Source of the DNA: Antedon mediterranea
Taxonomy: Eukaryota; Animalia; Echinodermata
Length of the DNA stretch: 64,000 bases
Assembly (NCBI RefSeq): GCF_964355755.1
Contig: NC_092680.1
Location: forward strand, 8,680,001-8,744,000
Reading direction: 5' to 3'
The translations under genes and the position numbers were made by a program. Under the pieces are notes generated by a model. That model did no database searches and was not told the origin of the DNA. It saw nothing but the letters and a program-made list of their open reading frames with translations. Shown here one piece after another: positions 61,719 to 64,000 of the stretch. How positions within the stretch are numbered: position 1 is the stretch's first letter; each line of letters starts with the position of its first letter.

Positions 61719-61917
61719 GGGCCTGTTTCTGCTGAACAATTTCTAAAGAAAGATTTTTTGCTAAACCAGTTTTCTAAAAAAAGTCTCATTGCACCTACGG
61801 TAAGAAGTGCTCCAGGCAAACTGTTTTTAAAACCGTATTTAAAAGCCGGTTCTCTTTATATTGATCCGTTTCTGCTGGCAAGAAAATAAATAAAAACTGC
61901 TCAGCAGAAACAGGAAC
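61719..61917. mobile_element. Short MITE with the same TIR as 58223-59144
   Basis: GGGCCTGTTTCTGCTGA...TCAGCAGAAACAGG. Confidence 0.72.
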
Positions 61918-62984
61918 TATAGTAACACTTATTTTATATTTAGTATTTCCAACTAAACATTGAAAACAAATTCAAATTTTTTTTTTAAATGCAAACTGAA
62001 AATATATAAAATTACTACTATTTACTTACAAACTTCCAGTTGAAAATTGAATTGATTATATGACTAGCCATCCTACTGTACTGTGTGTTAAAATTTAATT
62101 TTACAACAATCACTACTTACGAACACCAATCAAACTAGTATTACCAAGACAAACCACTTAGTTATATACAATACCATGTCCACAGACAGGATATACGTCA
62201 GTACCTTACGTCTATTCATCATTGGGATATTCCATATGCAAAGCTAATCCAAGTACGTCAACAAGTATTTGTGGCTTGATCCTCCTCCTACCACCAGCAC
62301 CAAGTGGAACTAAACTCATCAGATTGTTACTGACTAGTGTTGAAAGATACCTGCGGCTATGCTATTTTACCAAATGCAACTAACATAACTAACTTACAGT
62401 ATATCAAAAACGAAACAAAAGTATCGATTTTATCACATGATTTTTATATTTTTAAGTTTCAATTACATCATAAAAATTAGCATAAATCCTTGATATGCAC
62501 ATTAAAATAAAACAATGCTAATCATTTGACGGACAATATCATTTTATAGAAAAATGGTCAGCTGACATTGACAGGACACTATGACATCATAAAATAAGAT
62601 TACAGTAATTAATGTTTGTATAAAAATAAGTTTTACATGGCTGATATAAATTTGAAAGAATGGTTAGCCAATACAGTACATACTGTATGACATTTTTAAA
62701 CAACAAATATTGATAATTATTTTATCAATATTTTCTACCAGTAACTTAGGTAACTTTATTTAATTCAATTTACTTTTTGCTTTTGCACTTTAGTTTCTGT
62801 TTCTATTCTAAATTTCCAAGTATTAGCTTTGCAGATAGGGAAAGCATTATTAATATATTACCGTACTGAAGACAAAACAATTAATACTTGCCAACATTTG
62901 TTTCCTCCTATAACTACATGACCAAAACCTGCACCGTTTGAGATGAGGCATATTCAATTCCCCATTTGGAATATGTATAAATAA

Positions 62985-63700
62985 GGTCGTGTTCGTACGG
63001 TGGTTAAAATAAGCGCTTAATTTCACCCATGCCTCGGGTTATAAATTGAGCGTTGTTCGTACTTGAAATATTTAACCGCTTAAATGCTTAATCGACGAAT
63101 CACAAACCGGAAATTACGTTTTAAGGTCAGTTGTTTTTACAACCTACGACCCCATTTTCGCACGCTAGTTTCGTGTTGTATATTTTTTACTCGCGATCTT
63201 TCTTTACAATAACAATTACTTGCTACCTTTTACACTGCTTATCCTTGCGACAAACCTTATGCCTCTTAACGCCGATAATCCTGCCGAAATATGCCTTCTC
63301 CTGACGACCATTATTTTACTCATTGACGAAGAATTTGAGCCTAATGTTACACGACGGAAACACCACCGACCAGCGGCTCCCCGACCAGCTAGGCCTACTA
63401 AGCGGTCTACACCAACAAGGACAGCACCAGCTGACGATCGCCCTCGAAGCGTGTATGGAAGAGCTTCGTAGGAGAAATGACGGGCCTAGGTAGCGAACGT
63501 TTGTCAAAATTTGACACATTGCCTCTATCGGAGATTTATTATCCTCGAAGGCCGAGTATAATTGGATTATCGCTGAAATAACCTGCAAATTTGGTGAAAA
63601 TTTTACCTCGAATTTTTTGTAGCCTGAGGCAAAAGTTAATTGGATCACGCGAACGGAAATCGGGAATAAGCTGGTATTTTCAACCCCTACGAACAGGCCC
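62985..63700. mobile_element. PIF/Harbinger-like non-autonomous element
   Basis: Imperfect TIRs GGTCGTGTTCGTACGGTGGTT.AAAATA / TATTTTCAACCCCTACGAACAGGCCC, TAA TSD, CpG-rich interior. Confidence 0.7.
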
Positions 63701-64000
63701 TAAGTAGCACACCGTTTTTTGCAAAAATTTTATTGTTTTTAGAAAGGTCACATAGAGAGGTCATCATAATACACAAATTAAATGGTGTCCGTATTCATAC
63801 AAATGAAATTACTAATTTGGAATTGTCTTAAGTGTTTACTGTTGTGATGTCATGTTCTAGATTACTGTACATTTCATGTTAAATTAACCTGGATGAATTG
63901 ACTTCATAGCTATGTGATTACGCCACATTTGACCTTATGGGAAACTTCCTACTGTTGTGTTGGATAAACTTGCTACTCTAAAGCTCTGTATCCAACTTTA

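Noticed and set aside
62121-62350. Upstream coding exon of the SH2 adaptor (donor-like GTAAGT at 62120 on the minus strand)
   Set aside because: The ATG-initiated frames I traced stop before the donor, and there are no family motifs.
63220-63648. 83-aa and 110-aa ORFs as host genes
   Set aside because: They lie inside a TIR/TSD-bounded element and have no domain signature; at most a decayed transposon remnant.

Overview
AT-rich, intron-rich animal genomic DNA (an invertebrate, plausibly a deuterostome such as an echinoderm; the taxon is inferred). I reconstructed six spliced genes by hand, with consistent exon phases. In order: the 3' part of TP53BP1 (+); a Ly6/three-finger + PAN/apple-domain gene (+); two tandem EPHX4-like epoxide hydrolases (-), one with its catalytic nucleophile Asp changed to Gly; a TM6SF1/2-like gene (+) with a GC-AG intron; and the 3' part of an SHB/SHF-like SH2 adaptor (-). 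Introns and intergenic DNA are packed with nested non-autonomous elements: a P-like element, MULE and Harbinger-like MITEs, an Academ-like foldback, Helentron-type elements, tRNA- and 5S-derived SINEs, a Rex1/Babar LINE fragment and satellites. The most notable observations are: (1) a set of 17-36-bp mini-palindromes with 7-bp target duplications that look like P-element excision footprints, one sharing termini with an adjacent 1.4-kb P-like element; (2) an intact-cloverleaf tRNA-Asp-like gene with an ATC anticodon carried in a tandem inverted-repeat unit; (3) the candidate EPHX pseudoenzyme; (4) the Ly6-PAN fusion. Most short ORFs in the supplied track are spurious.
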